A DNA stretch of 64,000 nt, from contig CBDDCK010000005.1 in assembly GCA_965225855.1 (NCBI GenBank), forward strand, positions 192,001-256,000, read 5' to 3'. The DNA is from Spirochaetia bacterium (lineage in GTDB: Bacteria; Spirochaetota; Spirochaetia; SP-2023). Positions within the stretch are counted from its first letter, which is position 1. Every line of letters begins with the position of its first letter. Shown piece after piece: positions 1 through 9,999 of this stretch. Under the pieces are notes generated by a model, which did no database searches, had not been told where the DNA came from, and worked only from the letters and a program-made list of their open reading frames with translations. The position numbers and the translations under genes are program-made.

Positions 1-27
1 ATCTATTACAAAAATGGTAGCTGGAAA

Positions 28-633
28 TTAGGCATCAAGCAATTGCATTGTGGTTTCACAGGTTTTAGCACCGGATACAGTTGCAATGGTTTTACTGGCT
101 TTTTTACCCAGATAGAATATTTTCAGCTTTGCATCTTTTAAGTCCCGTGGTAGCCATAAATCGATAAAGCCATTGCTGCCCGTATTATATTGTTTGTCCA
201 ATAAAAGCTTGCCTCGCTGATTATAAAGGCGGACGGTAACGTCAGCATTTTGTAGTTCACCACGGCAACCGGTAACACTGTGCGTACTACAGCTATGGGT
301 GCGCTGCAGGTACGGAGCCACCGCTAAGTAAAAAAATGATGCAGGCATAGGCATTACCTTCAGTACCGCTTGGGAAGTCCCATAAACAAACAATTCTCTA
401 TCTGTGGCAGAAAGAGTATAACCTTTGGCATCAATATGCCCAAGCTTGATACCATCAATCAATTCTTTAGCATCATAAATTGCAAAAATATCTGCTGAAT
501 CTTGGTTGATATTTGGCCTTATTTCCTGGGAAATTTGGTGCTGGGCAATTTTGTTTTTGCTGCAACCAGATACCATCATAATGGCAATGCTAAGTAGCAA
601 TGTATATTTTATACGAGTATTGAGCCAATACAT
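28..633 (-). CDS. cueP: CueP-family periplasmic copper-binding lipoprotein
   Basis: FYLAVAPY..THSCSTHSVTGCRGEL, NGFIDLWLPR and C-terminal TCETTMQL match CueP family motifs; lipobox VSG-C; ATG at 633 has an AAGGA RBS. Confidence 0.8.
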   Translation of the reverse strand: MYWLNTRIKYTLLLSIAIMMVSGCSKNKIAQHQISQEIRPNINQDSADIFAIYDAKELIDGIKLGHIDAKGYTLSATDRELFVYGTSQAVLKVMPMPASFFYLAVAPYLQRTHSCSTHSVTGCRGELQNADVTVRLYNQRGKLLLDKQYNTGSNGFIDLWLPRDLKDAKLKIFYLGKKASKTIATVSGAKTCETTMQLLDA

Positions 634-646
634 AAATCCACTTTCC

Positions 647-1375
647 TTAAAAGGCTGCCGATAGGCCAAAGCGAAAGCTTTTACTTTCAATAAAATTTTT
701 ACCTAGAATGCTTTCAGCTAAAGTTATATAGGATATGGCCACTGTTTCAGTAACTTGTCCTTTTGTACTAGCTGTTGCCTTAAAACCACATGGTTTGCCA
801 CTGGCTTTTATGCAGTTTAACATAATTTCCGCAGCTTGCAAGGTAGCAGCTACATCGGTTTTACCGGTAGATGTACTTAAAAAGTCTACCCCAGCTTCTA
901 TACCAATTTCTGCATAACGCTTAATTCCGGTTGAGCTAAGCTGCCCGCTTTCAATAATGAGTTTTAACACTTTGCCATGACTTTCATTGCGGCAGGCTTG
1001 GATAAAATCTGTTCGTTCTATGTATTCAGCTTGTTTTGTGGGGTGAGGAATAACCAGCTCTATCTCATCGGCACCTTGTTGTAAAATGTAGCGGATTTCG
1101 GCAATGACTTCCTCTAAAGGCAATTCTCCCTTGGGGAAATTGACTACAGAGGCAACATTGAGTATGGGCAGTTTTGCCTGAACAAATGCGTCTTTTAGTA
1201 GAGAAATATAGCGGGGATACACACAAACTGCAGCAGCTACATTACCCAAATTATCCAATGCTGAACCCGATAGGTTGCAAGCTTTTTTGGCTAGTTGCTG
1301 AATGCGCTCTTCGGTCTGATCTCCATGTAAACTGGTATAATCGATTAAACCCATAAATTCTTGCTTGTATTCCAT
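647..1375 (-). CDS. deoC: Deoxyribose-phosphate aldolase homolog with degenerate active site
   Basis: LIDYTSL, CVYPRYI, VNFP, LKLIIESG, TSTGK and FRFG motifs; the catalytic Lys position reads Ser. Confidence 0.8.
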   Translation of the reverse strand: MEYKQEFMGLIDYTSLHGDQTEERIQQLAKKACNLSGSALDNLGNVAAAVCVYPRYISLLKDAFVQAKLPILNVASVVNFPKGELPLEEVIAEIRYILQQGADEIELVIPHPTKQAEYIERTDFIQACRNESHGKVLKLIIESGQLSSTGIKRYAEIGIEAGVDFLSTSTGKTDVAATLQAAEIMLNCIKASGKPCGFKATASTKGQVTETVAISYITLAESILGKNFIESKSFRFGLSAAF

Positions 1376-1690
1376 GGTCTTCCTACCTTAATACAAATTT
1401 ACTAGCTATTATTTTATACAATGGTTGCAATGGTTGCAATGGTTGCAATTCTAGCACAAATGTCTTGCTTAGACAATACCTAAAAATTTAGCATTCACAA
1501 AAAAAGGCCAACCAGTAGATACCCAGTAGGTACAATGTAAACAAGCTGGCCGAAAGTAGCAGGCCAGAGCTACTAGAAAAGCAAGATCAATCAAGCAAGA
1601 TCAATCAAGATGGTGTCTTGCTGGGCTTACTGGGCTTACTGGGCTTGCTTGGTTTATTATGCGATTGTATTGACCACTATTTATTGAAAA

Positions 1691-2413
1691 CTATCCAACG
1701 GTAAATATAGCATCAGAACTAATGATTTTTAACTTTTTGGAAACGATAGAACCGCTATAATAGGTACGCACTTCCAATTTGTATTTGCCGGCACTTAAAG
1801 ACGGAATAATATAAATTAGCTCGGAAGGCTTGTTGGCGATCTGGTTGCTTAGCTTTGTTTCAGAATCATCTTTAATATTTACCAAAAATAGGCCTTCTTT
1901 GTTATCGGTAGATACAGAAGCTTGTATTTTGATGCGATTACCAAAAACTTTTAGCCCACCGCTAGGCGTAAGAACCCTATCGTTGGTTTGGCTGGCCACA
2001 TCTTCTACCGTGGTAATCCGGGCTTCTTTACCGGTGCTATAGACTCGTTCTAATTCTACTTCTTCCAGCGATTCTTTAAACGATTTGTTGGCGTTGATAT
2101 TGATAGCTAAGCTATGGTTGTCTTTATCAAAATAGCTGTTCGCTGTGGGGAAATTGCCTCTGATGTCAATATGTAGGGTCAATGTACCGGTATTGACGCC
2201 TTGGCCATTTCTTACCATTTGCTTTAATACTTCGTCCAAGCAAGTAAGCACCGCTTCAATATCGGATTTGGTGATAGACGAACCTCGATTGAGCATTAAC
2301 TCAATCAATTCTTCCTTGCTATGGACCTTTTGGTTGCAGACTATTGCATGGTAGCCGCTAGGATTATCCCCTAAATGATTTTTGATTAAATTATATTGCA
2401 ATGCCATATCCAT
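1691..2413 (-). CDS. HU-like DNA-binding domain plus C-terminal Ig-like (DUF4469-type) protein
   Basis: N-terminal HU/IHF-like pattern (EELIELMLNRGSSITKSDIEAVL); C-terminal NKPSELIYIIPSLSAGKYKLEVRTYY; GGAG RBS. Confidence 0.75.
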   Translation of the reverse strand: MDMALQYNLIKNHLGDNPSGYHAIVCNQKVHSKEELIELMLNRGSSITKSDIEAVLTCLDEVLKQMVRNGQGVNTGTLTLHIDIRGNFPTANSYFDKDNHSLAININANKSFKESLEEVELERVYSTGKEARITTVEDVASQTNDRVLTPSGGLKVFGNRIKIQASVSTDNKEGLFLVNIKDDSETKLSNQIANKPSELIYIIPSLSAGKYKLEVRTYYSGSIVSKKLKIISSDAIFTVG

Positions 2414-2467
2414 TCTCCATTGTTTTTATTGCATAAGATCAAAATATAAGATTCAGATATTGGGGCT

Positions 2468-2496
2468 ATTTAAACATGATCCAAAGTTTTTGTCAA
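2468..2496 (-). promoter_or_regulatory. Predicted sigma70 promoter of the HU-like gene
   Basis: TTGACA-17 nt-TTAAAT with an extended -10 TG on the minus strand. Confidence 0.55.
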
Positions 2497-2525
2497 TCCC
2501 CAGCACAATCGGCAATAAAATTACT

Positions 2526-2645
2526 TCTTAATGCCTATTCAGAGACTCTTGTTAGGTATTAAGAGATTCTCTTAATAAGTATTAAGAGACTCTCTGAATA
2601 GGTATTAAGAGAATCTCTTAATAGGCATTAAGAGACTCTCTTGAT
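2526..2645. repeat. 23-bp palindromic tandem array, family a (CTCTTAAT-N4-ATTAAGAG-N3)
   Basis: About 5 degenerate units read directly, e.g. ctcttaataggcattaagagact. Confidence 0.85.
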
Positions 2646-2801
2646 ATTTAGGGCTCGGTGCGGCATTCTGTTGAAATATGGCCAGCTGGAAATATAATTT
2701 GATCGTTTATACCAAGCAATACCATAACGGCTGCTTTTTTGTTATATTTTTTGTTATAATAGCAGCAAACCCAAAGATAAAAGATAAAGGATAAAGGCAA
2801 T

Positions 2802-3023
2802 ATGCAACAATACACGGCAATCATCAAACAGCAGCAAGGCTGGTGGCTGGGTTGGATAGAAGAAATGCCCGGCATTAACTGCCAAGAACCAAGCCTAGCA
2901 GAATTACGCCAAAGCCTAAAACAATGTTTGGCCGAACTGATACAATTGCACCGAGCCGATGCGTTGGCGTTGGCGTTGGCGTTGGCTGGCAATGATTATT
3001 TTGAAGAAACCATTGTATTATAA
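2802..3023 (+). CDS. hicB: HicB-family antitoxin (short form)
   Basis: YTAIIKQQQGWWLGWIEEMPGINCQ matches the HicB N-terminal pattern; adjacent to hicA. Confidence 0.8.
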   Translation: MQQYTAIIKQQQGWWLGWIEEMPGINCQEPSLAELRQSLKQCLAELIQLHRADALALALALAGNDYFEETIVL

Positions 3024-3038
3024 ATATTGTTGTTTGGT

Positions 3039-3227
3039 ATGAAGCGTAAGCAGTTGATACGCTATTTAGCAGCAGAAGGTTGTATTTTGGTAAGAGAGGG
3101 CTCAAAGCATTCTTGGTGGCAGAACCCCAATACAGGAGCATATTCTGCAATACCTAGGCATAGTGAAATAGTAGACATTCTAGCGTATAAGATTTGTAAA
3201 GATTTAGGTATCCCGAAAATACCATAA
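3039..3227 (+). CDS. hicA: HicA-family mRNA interferase toxin
   Basis: MKRKQLIRYL..GC.LVREGSKH..W.NP..IPRH.EI..ICKDLGI; catalytic His retained. Confidence 0.88.
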   Translation: MKRKQLIRYLAAEGCILVREGSKHSWWQNPNTGAYSAIPRHSEIVDILAYKICKDLGIPKIP

Positions 3228-3259
3228 CAAAACGTTTGCTACTCTATTTTGGCAATTGC

Positions 3260-3287
3260 TTGACAAACCAAGCCATTGCGCTATAGT
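3260..3287 (+). promoter_or_regulatory. Predicted sigma70 promoter of the TPR gene
   Basis: TTGACA-16 nt-TATAGT upstream of the ATG at 3331. Confidence 0.55.
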
Positions 3288-3330
3288 TTGGCTTGCGACA
3301 AAGCCTAAAATTATGTTTTGCGAGGTTATT

Positions 3331-3792
3331 ATGGCAAACAGAGCTGCTGATGCTTATTACAATAGAGGGGTGGCTTATGCGAAGAAAGGCGATTATGAGT
3401 GCGCCATACAAGAGTACAACCGTGCCATACAGCTAAACCCCAATGATATAGAGGCTTTTACCAATAGAGGCAATGCTTATACTAACCAAGGCCAGGTTGA
3501 GCAGGCGATACAAGATTACAGCCAAGCCATAGAGCTAAACCCCAATGATGCTGTTGCTTTTGACAATAGAGGACTGGCTTATTATAACAACCGCCAAGTT
3601 GAGCCGGCGATACAAGACTTGAAAAAGGCCATAGAGCTAAACCCCAATTTTGCCGATACTTTTACCAATAGAGGGATAGCTTATGCTAACCAAGGCAATT
3701 ATAAGCGGGCCTGTAGTGATGCTGTGCAGGCCAAGAGTTTGGGTGATAGTACGCTGTATGATTATCTTATAGAGCAAGGGCTTTGCCAGTAG
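3331..3792 (+). CDS. Tetratricopeptide repeat protein
   Basis: About four 34-aa TPRs (AYYNRG..AIQLNPN); GAGG RBS before ATG 3331. Confidence 0.85.
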   Translation: MANRAADAYYNRGVAYAKKGDYECAIQEYNRAIQLNPNDIEAFTNRGNAYTNQGQVEQAIQDYSQAIELNPNDAVAFDNRGLAYYNNRQVEPAIQDLKKAIELNPNFADTFTNRGIAYANQGNYKRACSDAVQAKSLGDSTLYDYLIEQGLCQ

Positions 3793-3830
3793 GTTTTTGT
3801 TGCAATGGGCAAACTGTTTAAGGCATAGAT

Positions 3831-4478
3831 ATGCCAAGCCATGCTCGCTTTTATGAAAAGTATATTCTTCCAATTATTATGAAGGCCAGCATGGATTCTG
3901 CTTTATTCATGCAACAGCGAAAAATGGTTGTTCCCTATGCTCAAGGCAATGTGCTGGAAATCGGTATAGGCTCTGGCTCAAACCTAAAATACTACGATAA
4001 CCATAAAGTTAGCAAAGTTTGGGGGCTAGACCCATCGCCCCAAGCCCTAAACTATGCCCACCAAGAAGCGCAAAAGCTATCCTTCCCTACAGAGCTGGTG
4101 AAAGCAACAGCCGAGAATATGCCACTAGAAAATCAAAGTATGGATACCGTGTTATCTACTTTTACACTCTGCACCGTGCCACAGCCCGCAACCGTTTTAG
4201 CCAACATCCGAAGAGTGTTAAAGGCAGATGGCAAATTTATCTTTTGTGAACACGGTTTAGCCCCAGATAGCAAAGTGCAATATTGGCAAAACGCCTTAAA
4301 CACAATCAACTATAAATTTTTAGGAGGTTGTAACCTCAACCGCCCTATAGCTCAATTGATAGAACAAAATGGCTTTACTTTTGATAATCTGCGTACAGAA
4401 TATTTTTCACGCCCCAAATTTCTAACTTTTACTTATTGGGGGCAGTGTTCCAAAATAAATGCCAAAGAAACAAATTAG
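3831..4478 (+). CDS. Class I SAM-dependent methyltransferase
   Basis: VLEIGIGSG motif I, DTVLSTFTLC, FCEHG. Confidence 0.85.
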   Translation: MPSHARFYEKYILPIIMKASMDSALFMQQRKMVVPYAQGNVLEIGIGSGSNLKYYDNHKVSKVWGLDPSPQALNYAHQEAQKLSFPTELVKATAENMPLENQSMDTVLSTFTLCTVPQPATVLANIRRVLKADGKFIFCEHGLAPDSKVQYWQNALNTINYKFLGGCNLNRPIAQLIEQNGFTFDNLRTEYFSRPKFLTFTYWGQCSKINAKETN

Positions 4479-5281
4479 CTGCGCAAACTCTTGCTGTGCT
4501 CAATCAACCAATAGGCAATCACGCTAAAAAGCACAGTAAAAAACAGCAACAAACCAATACATAAATGGATAGAAATATCGGCCGAACCTAGCATCCCGTA
4601 GCGAAAAGCGTTGATCATATAAAGGATTGGGTTGGCAAAGGACATAGTCCTAAACACAGTTGGCAACATATCAATAGAATAAAAAACCCCACCCAAATAC
4701 GTCAAAGGAGTTAAAACAAAGGTGGGAACAATGGAAATATCGTCAAAATTCTTTGCCTGTATCGCATTGATAAAACCAGCTAGAGAAAACACAATTGCTG
4801 TCAACACAATAACCAGTAACATCAACAATGGATACACCGGCTGCATGGCAGCAAAAAATAGCGATAATAGTGCGACTATAATCCCAACCAAGCCCCCTCT
4901 TACGATACCACCGCCAACATAGCCCGCAATAATCAACCAGTTGGGGATAGGTGCCACCAGTAAAATCTCAACATGGTGCATAAACTTACTGCTAAAAAAT
5001 GAACTGGATACATTGCTGTATGAGTTATTGATTACAGCCATCATAATGAGGCCCGGCACAATAAATACCATATAGGGCACACCATTAATCTGGCCAATAC
5101 GTGGCCCAATTAAATTGCCAAAGATTAAAAAATATAACGTTGTGGTTACCGCTGAAGGGATTAAAGTTTGTATCCAAATCCGTAAAATTCTATTGGTCTC
5201 TTTAGAGATGATGCCAATAAAAGCAGACCAGTAGATGGCTACCATAGATGGCTTAGCAATATTATCTAAAGGTTGTGGCAT
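4475..5281 (-). CDS. yadH: ABC-2 type transporter permease (YadH-like)
   Basis: RIWIQTLIP, FIVPGLIMMAVI, PLTYLGGVFYSI, NPILYMINAFRYG. Confidence 0.85.
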   Translation of the reverse strand: MPQPLDNIAKPSMVAIYWSAFIGIISKETNRILRIWIQTLIPSAVTTTLYFLIFGNLIGPRIGQINGVPYMVFIVPGLIMMAVINNSYSNVSSSFFSSKFMHHVEILLVAPIPNWLIIAGYVGGGIVRGGLVGIIVALLSLFFAAMQPVYPLLMLLVIVLTAIVFSLAGFINAIQAKNFDDISIVPTFVLTPLTYLGGVFYSIDMLPTVFRTMSFANPILYMINAFRYGMLGSADISIHLCIGLLLFFTVLFSVIAYWLIEHSKSLRS

Positions 5282-5323
5282 AAAAAAACCTTTATACGTG
5301 TTGTATCGGCATTATTCTATTGT

Positions 5324-6250
5324 TTATTGACTGGGCTTTTGCGTCAGTTTGACAAACAATGTCTCCAATTGGTTTGCTTCAGGCTGAACACTATGCAACA
5401 CCAAACCTATTGAATTTAAATGCAACAGTACTTGATTGAGTTTAGTACCTTTTGGAATTTCCAAATGCAAAGTATGTTCGTTGTAGAATTCAAACGGAAA
5501 GCCATTTTGCGCTTGCTTTAATTGCTCGGTAGTTATAGCATCTTGGGTTTCAAAGAGAAATGCATTTTGCTCGAGTTGACCGAGCAGTTCACGCATGCTG
5601 GTATTGGTAATCACTCTTCCGTGGTTAATAATGGCAATATTGCGGCATAAATTTTGAGCTTCCTCAAGGTAATGGGTCGTCAGTATAATAGTTGTGCCAC
5701 TTTTGTTTAATTCTTTGAGCCAGTTCCACATATTCCGGCGAATTTCAATATCCACACCAGCTGTAGGTTCGTCCAAAAACAATAGTTTTGGTTCATGAAT
5801 TAAAGCCCGCGCAATCATAACGCGGCGTTTTTGGCCACCACTAAGGCTTTTGATGGGCACTTTGGCTTTTTCTTCTAAACCGAGCAATGCAATATATTTT
5901 TCCGCCTGCTGCTTGCTTTCTCTCAAGCTCAAACCATAGTAAGGGCCTTGAGTTTTCAACGTTTGTTCGACTGTTTCAAACAAACTAAAATTAAATTCCT
6001 GTGGTACAACGCCCAAAAGCGTTTTAGCCAGTAAAGGCTCTTTATCTAAATCTACGCCAAATATCTGAACGGTACCGCTCGTCTTTCGCACTAATGTAGA
6101 AATAATACCAATAGTAGTAGATTTACCAGCTCCGTTAGGCCCCAATAATGCAAAAAAGTCCCAAGCTTTAACCTTTAAATTGATACCATGCAGAGCGGTT
6201 TCGCCATTTTCATAAGTTTTTCGCAAATCTTTTAATAAAAGAGCAGACAT
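5324..6250 (-). CDS. yadG: ABC transporter ATP-binding protein (YadG-like)
   Basis: Walker A GPNGAGKST, LSGGQ signature, LFLDEPTAGVD; paired with the YadH-like permease. Confidence 0.88.
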   Translation of the reverse strand: MSALLLKDLRKTYENGETALHGINLKVKAWDFFALLGPNGAGKSTTIGIISTLVRKTSGTVQIFGVDLDKEPLLAKTLLGVVPQEFNFSLFETVEQTLKTQGPYYGLSLRESKQQAEKYIALLGLEEKAKVPIKSLSGGQKRRVMIARALIHEPKLLFLDEPTAGVDIEIRRNMWNWLKELNKSGTTIILTTHYLEEAQNLCRNIAIINHGRVITNTSMRELLGQLEQNAFLFETQDAITTEQLKQAQNGFPFEFYNEHTLHLEIPKGTKLNQVLLHLNSIGLVLHSVQPEANQLETLFVKLTQKPSQ

Positions 6251-6357
6251 AAACAGTAAACCTTAACTAGAGCTGTTTTCTGTACGTTTCTTAGCTGGTA
6301 TGTTTGACTTTACAGCTGGGACGCAAATTTTATAAAAATCTAATAAAAATTGTACCA

Positions 6358-6396
6358 TTTACTTTTACTTTTTCATTTTGGAAAAGTAAAAGTAAA
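6358..6396. terminator. AT-rich inverted repeat downstream of pfk (terminator-like or operator)
   Basis: TTTACTTTTACTTTT-9 nt-AAAAGTAAAAGTAAA. Confidence 0.4.
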
Positions 6397-6438
6397 ACCC
6401 AATGACTTCCATTTTTGACTTTCAATGAAAGATAGCGC

Positions 6439-7740
6439 TTATTTTGCTGACTCTACACGGGTTTCCAAAAAGCGGGCTAATTGATGGAAGTCTGACCCCA
6501 GCTCTATAAAACGTACATCGGCCCTCAAGTTTTCACCGGCAATAATATCATGAAATGGCACAAAAGTAATATCGAACTGGCCATTGGTACTAACCATGTG
6601 GGCATCGAGGCCTTCTACAACAGCGCGGTAACCACCCACGCCCAGCTGGCTGCCCAGCATAACATCAAATGCATGTGGTGCTGCACAACGGGATTCATAG
6701 CCCAACTGGACTGCAGTAACTTTCTTTTTCTGGCCAAACTGCTTTTGATAGAGGCTGGCAACTTCAGTAGCCAACATCTTGCCCAGAGCAATATTAGCTA
6801 AAGAAATATGGCCATGTTCATCGTGGCCTAAATTAGGAATTTTGTCTAGTGATAATTTTTCTGCCAGACCTTCGGCTAGCACAACTGTACCGTAGTTTTT
6901 ATTGTATTGCCTTTCTCTGGTTATCATTAAAGCCAGCACACGGTTTGCCAATTTATCTATGGATAAATAGCCTTCGCTATCCAAAATGCTGGCTATATCT
7001 TCTACACCGACCACCATATTGGCTTCGCCAGCAATGGCTGTACCATAAGCCAGCCAGCCAGCCTTTCGGCCCATAGTTTCAATAATGTAATAGGCTGAAG
7101 TGGCCTGTGCATCGGCACGGAGGTTTAGGGCCTCTTTGGCCATAATATCCACGGCGGTGAAAAAGCCAAAAGTAAAATCAATGCCTGGGTAGTCATTATC
7201 AATTGTTTTCGGCAAGTGGATTACATTGACGTGCAAATGCCCAGGCTCCAATTGCTTTTGATATTCGGCAATTAAATTTGCTGTGCGCAAAGTATCGTCT
7301 CCACCGATAGAAATTAAAGCATCAATTTTGAGATCGATTAGGGCTGTATAGATATTGCGCAGCTTTTCTGTTTTTTGCACATCTTGTAAGTCTGCCAAAT
7401 TTTTGATCTCTTTGCCGGGGTTGGTGCGCGCTGTTCCGATAATAATGCCTTGGCGATTGCGATAGCCTTCCAAATCTTTTTCGTCAAAAATATGATAGTG
7501 CTTTTCGGGCAACAGACGTTTGGCAACGGGGTGGTATTCCTGCAAGTTTGAGTAACCATGATAAAAACCCAAACATTCGTGGCCATGCCCCAATAAAGAA
7601 GCCACACAAGCCCCTATGACACTATTAGCTGCTGGGGCTGGGCCTCCGCTAAAAATCATACCAACGCGATATTTTTTATTTGCTGATGTTGCTGTTTCCA
7701 TAAAGTTCCTCGATTCTCTAAGCTGCAAAGTTACAGCCAT
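6439..7740 (-). CDS. pfp: 6-phosphofructokinase, probably pyrophosphate-dependent
   Basis: SGGPAP, GGDDT (Asp typical of PPi enzymes), PKTIDND, ETMGR, LGYESR; true start may be the downstream METATS Met. Confidence 0.85.
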   Translation of the reverse strand: MAVTLQLRESRNFMETATSANKKYRVGMIFSGGPAPAANSVIGACVASLLGHGHECLGFYHGYSNLQEYHPVAKRLLPEKHYHIFDEKDLEGYRNRQGIIIGTARTNPGKEIKNLADLQDVQKTEKLRNIYTALIDLKIDALISIGGDDTLRTANLIAEYQKQLEPGHLHVNVIHLPKTIDNDYPGIDFTFGFFTAVDIMAKEALNLRADAQATSAYYIIETMGRKAGWLAYGTAIAGEANMVVGVEDIASILDSEGYLSIDKLANRVLALMITRERQYNKNYGTVVLAEGLAEKLSLDKIPNLGHDEHGHISLANIALGKMLATEVASLYQKQFGQKKKVTAVQLGYESRCAAPHAFDVMLGSQLGVGGYRAVVEGLDAHMVSTNGQFDITFVPFHDIIAGENLRADVRFIELGSDFHQLARFLETRVESAK

Positions 7741-7870
7741 TATTTATTTTGTACTGGCTACCGTATACGGAAAAATATTCAATACAATTAATTGAAAGGT
7801 ATAGGATACTTTAAATTGCATTTTTATCAATCGTATTTCCATTGTATTGTCAAAATCCATTGGTGTTGCA

Positions 7871-7917
7871 GCAAAAGTGGTAAGTCCTATTCAAAAACAG
7901 GGGCTTACCACTTTTGC
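7871..7917 (-). terminator. Stem-loop immediately after the stop of the 7919-8671 gene
   Basis: 14-bp perfect stem GCAAAAGTGGTAAG / CTTACCACTTTTGC. Confidence 0.6.
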
Positions 7918-7918
7918 A

Positions 7919-8671
7919 TTAGTTTTTCAATTCATAATACATTTTGACCAGGTCTTCATTGCGTTCTTGCTCCATGGTTTCAAAAAAAGCTGTATCGACT
8001 TGGGCTAAATATTTAGCCACATCGCCTCGGGTTTTCCTACTGCGATCCGAAAGCTTTGCAGCTAGAATGGAGACATGCGTTTTCAATTCTTCTAACCTTG
8101 TTCGTGCTTCTGGGGTTTTCAGTTTTGCCATGCTAGCTTCATATTTAGTAAAAAACTCTTTAGCACGTTGCAATTGTTCTTTTGTTAGATTCTTAAAAAA
8201 TGTAGGTATTTGGATTGTTGTACGCAAATACATTTGTTTTGCCTCAAGATTGTCGGGAATATTGGGCAGAACAAATTCATAATTTCCCAAGCCGCGATTA
8301 GTGTAGCTGATTCGATCTTTCAGCTTACTACTCCTATCGGCAACGCCCATATTAATAAAGCCAGATAATAAAGCCAGAGTCAAATCATTGCGGTTGCGGC
8401 GGTAGATACGATTGATAATTTCGCTAGCCTTTTTGGCTAGTTCTAAGGCCTTTTTATCGTTTTTCTCATCGCGAGAAAACAAAAATAGGGAAACAGCTGA
8501 CTTACGTTTTTCTAAAAGTAAACCACTTTCGGCTTTTGCCCTTGCTTGGGCTTCATTGGCATAGGTTTGCCATATTACCCTTCCTAGAATAGGTCTATTT
8601 ATATCTTGGGCATGAATATTGGTTACCCAATTACATGCTAAGCATATTAGCAGTAGGCTGCGTTTAAACAT
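7919..8671 (-). CDS. Secreted helical hypothetical protein
   Basis: 250-aa ORF with signal peptide and AGGAG RBS; no family recognised. Confidence 0.7.
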   Translation of the reverse strand: MFKRSLLLICLACNWVTNIHAQDINRPILGRVIWQTYANEAQARAKAESGLLLEKRKSAVSLFLFSRDEKNDKKALELAKKASEIINRIYRRNRNDLTLALLSGFINMGVADRSSKLKDRISYTNRGLGNYEFVLPNIPDNLEAKQMYLRTTIQIPTFFKNLTKEQLQRAKEFFTKYEASMAKLKTPEARTRLEELKTHVSILAAKLSDRSRKTRGDVAKYLAQVDTAFFETMEQERNEDLVKMYYELKN

Positions 8672-8955
8672 TTTATGTTCTCCTAATACGTTCTTGAAAT
8701 AGATATATTAGGCAGTTAGCAAAGAAAATTCATCATCTAAGAGTATGAATTGAGATAAAAATCTTTTTTATCAAACTTTTTGTTATTCAGTTTTCAGTAG
8801 CAACTCAACTAAACAATATAAACTAAGTATGAATCTATATGAAATAGCCAAAAAACCTGAAACCCAGATAAGATTTCGCTTTATATTTTCCAAATATTTT
8901 TAAGCTAAACCAAACGGCTTAACAGACTAGCAAACTTGAATAGCACACGACAAGT

Positions 8956-9945
8956 TTAAAAAGTTTTGTTCTGTTCCCAGTGCCAGGCCGTGCTAATAAT
9001 TTGGCCTAAATCACGCTGTGGATTCCAAGCTAATTCGGCCTTGGCCTTACTACTATTGGCAATTAAACGAGCAGGGTCTCCGGGCCGAACAGGCCCCACT
9101 TCACAGGAAAAGTCGATACCAGTGATTTCTTTAGCTTTAGCAATTACTTCCCGTACCGAATAACCACTGCCACTGCCTAAGTTATAATCTGCAGAAATAT
9201 GCTGTTTGAGCATTTTTTCTAGTGCTAATACATGAGCTTTGGCTAAGTCATTAACATGGATAAAATCACGAATGCAAGAGCCATCGAAGGTGGGCCAATT
9301 GTCACCATAGATAATCAATTTCTCGCGGCGGCCCATAGCCGCTTCCAAGACAATGGAAATTAAATGTGTTGCTGGCTGGTACGATTGGCCTATTTTGCCA
9401 CCTTCATCGGCACCACAAGCATTGAAATAACGCAGTACTGTGGATTGCAAACCGTAAGCACGCTTGTAATCTTGTAACATCCATTCAACCATTAGCTTAG
9501 TGCGCCCATAGGGATTGAGGGGCATTTGCGGGTGCTGCTCATCAATTCTATCGGTTTGAGGTTTTCCAAAAGTGGCCGCAGTCGAGCTAAAAACAAAGTA
9601 CTTGATATTGCACGTTAGCATAGCCGCTAGCAAGCGTTGTACTTTGGTAACATTGTTTTCATAGTATAATTGTGGGTTGCTCACAGAAGTACCTACTTCA
9701 ATAAAGGCGGCAAAGTGCATTACTAAATCAATTTGATATTGACGCAGCACTTGTAAGATCTTTTCATAATCACCCAAATCACCCAGTACAAACAGGATTT
9801 CCGGCGAGATAGCGATAATTGCTTGCCGGTGACCTTTGCTTAGATCATCGTAAACAAATACGTTATGTTTGGTATTGTTCTTAATGTAGTTTACGGTATG
9901 CGAACCTATGTAGCCTGCGCCACCAACCACTAAAATATTTGCCAT
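8956..9945 (-). CDS. galE: UDP-glucose 4-epimerase
   Basis: GGAGYIGSH, HFAAFIEVG, YGRTK, LRYFN, RDFIHV. Confidence 0.93.
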   Translation of the reverse strand: MANILVVGGAGYIGSHTVNYIKNNTKHNVFVYDDLSKGHRQAIIAISPEILFVLGDLGDYEKILQVLRQYQIDLVMHFAAFIEVGTSVSNPQLYYENNVTKVQRLLAAMLTCNIKYFVFSSTAATFGKPQTDRIDEQHPQMPLNPYGRTKLMVEWMLQDYKRAYGLQSTVLRYFNACGADEGGKIGQSYQPATHLISIVLEAAMGRREKLIIYGDNWPTFDGSCIRDFIHVNDLAKAHVLALEKMLKQHISADYNLGSGSGYSVREVIAKAKEITGIDFSCEVGPVRPGDPARLIANSSKAKAELAWNPQRDLGQIISTAWHWEQNKTF

Positions 9946-9999
9946 AGTTGCTTTGCCTCTTTGTATCATTTTTTGTGGCAGATTATACAAACAAAGTAT

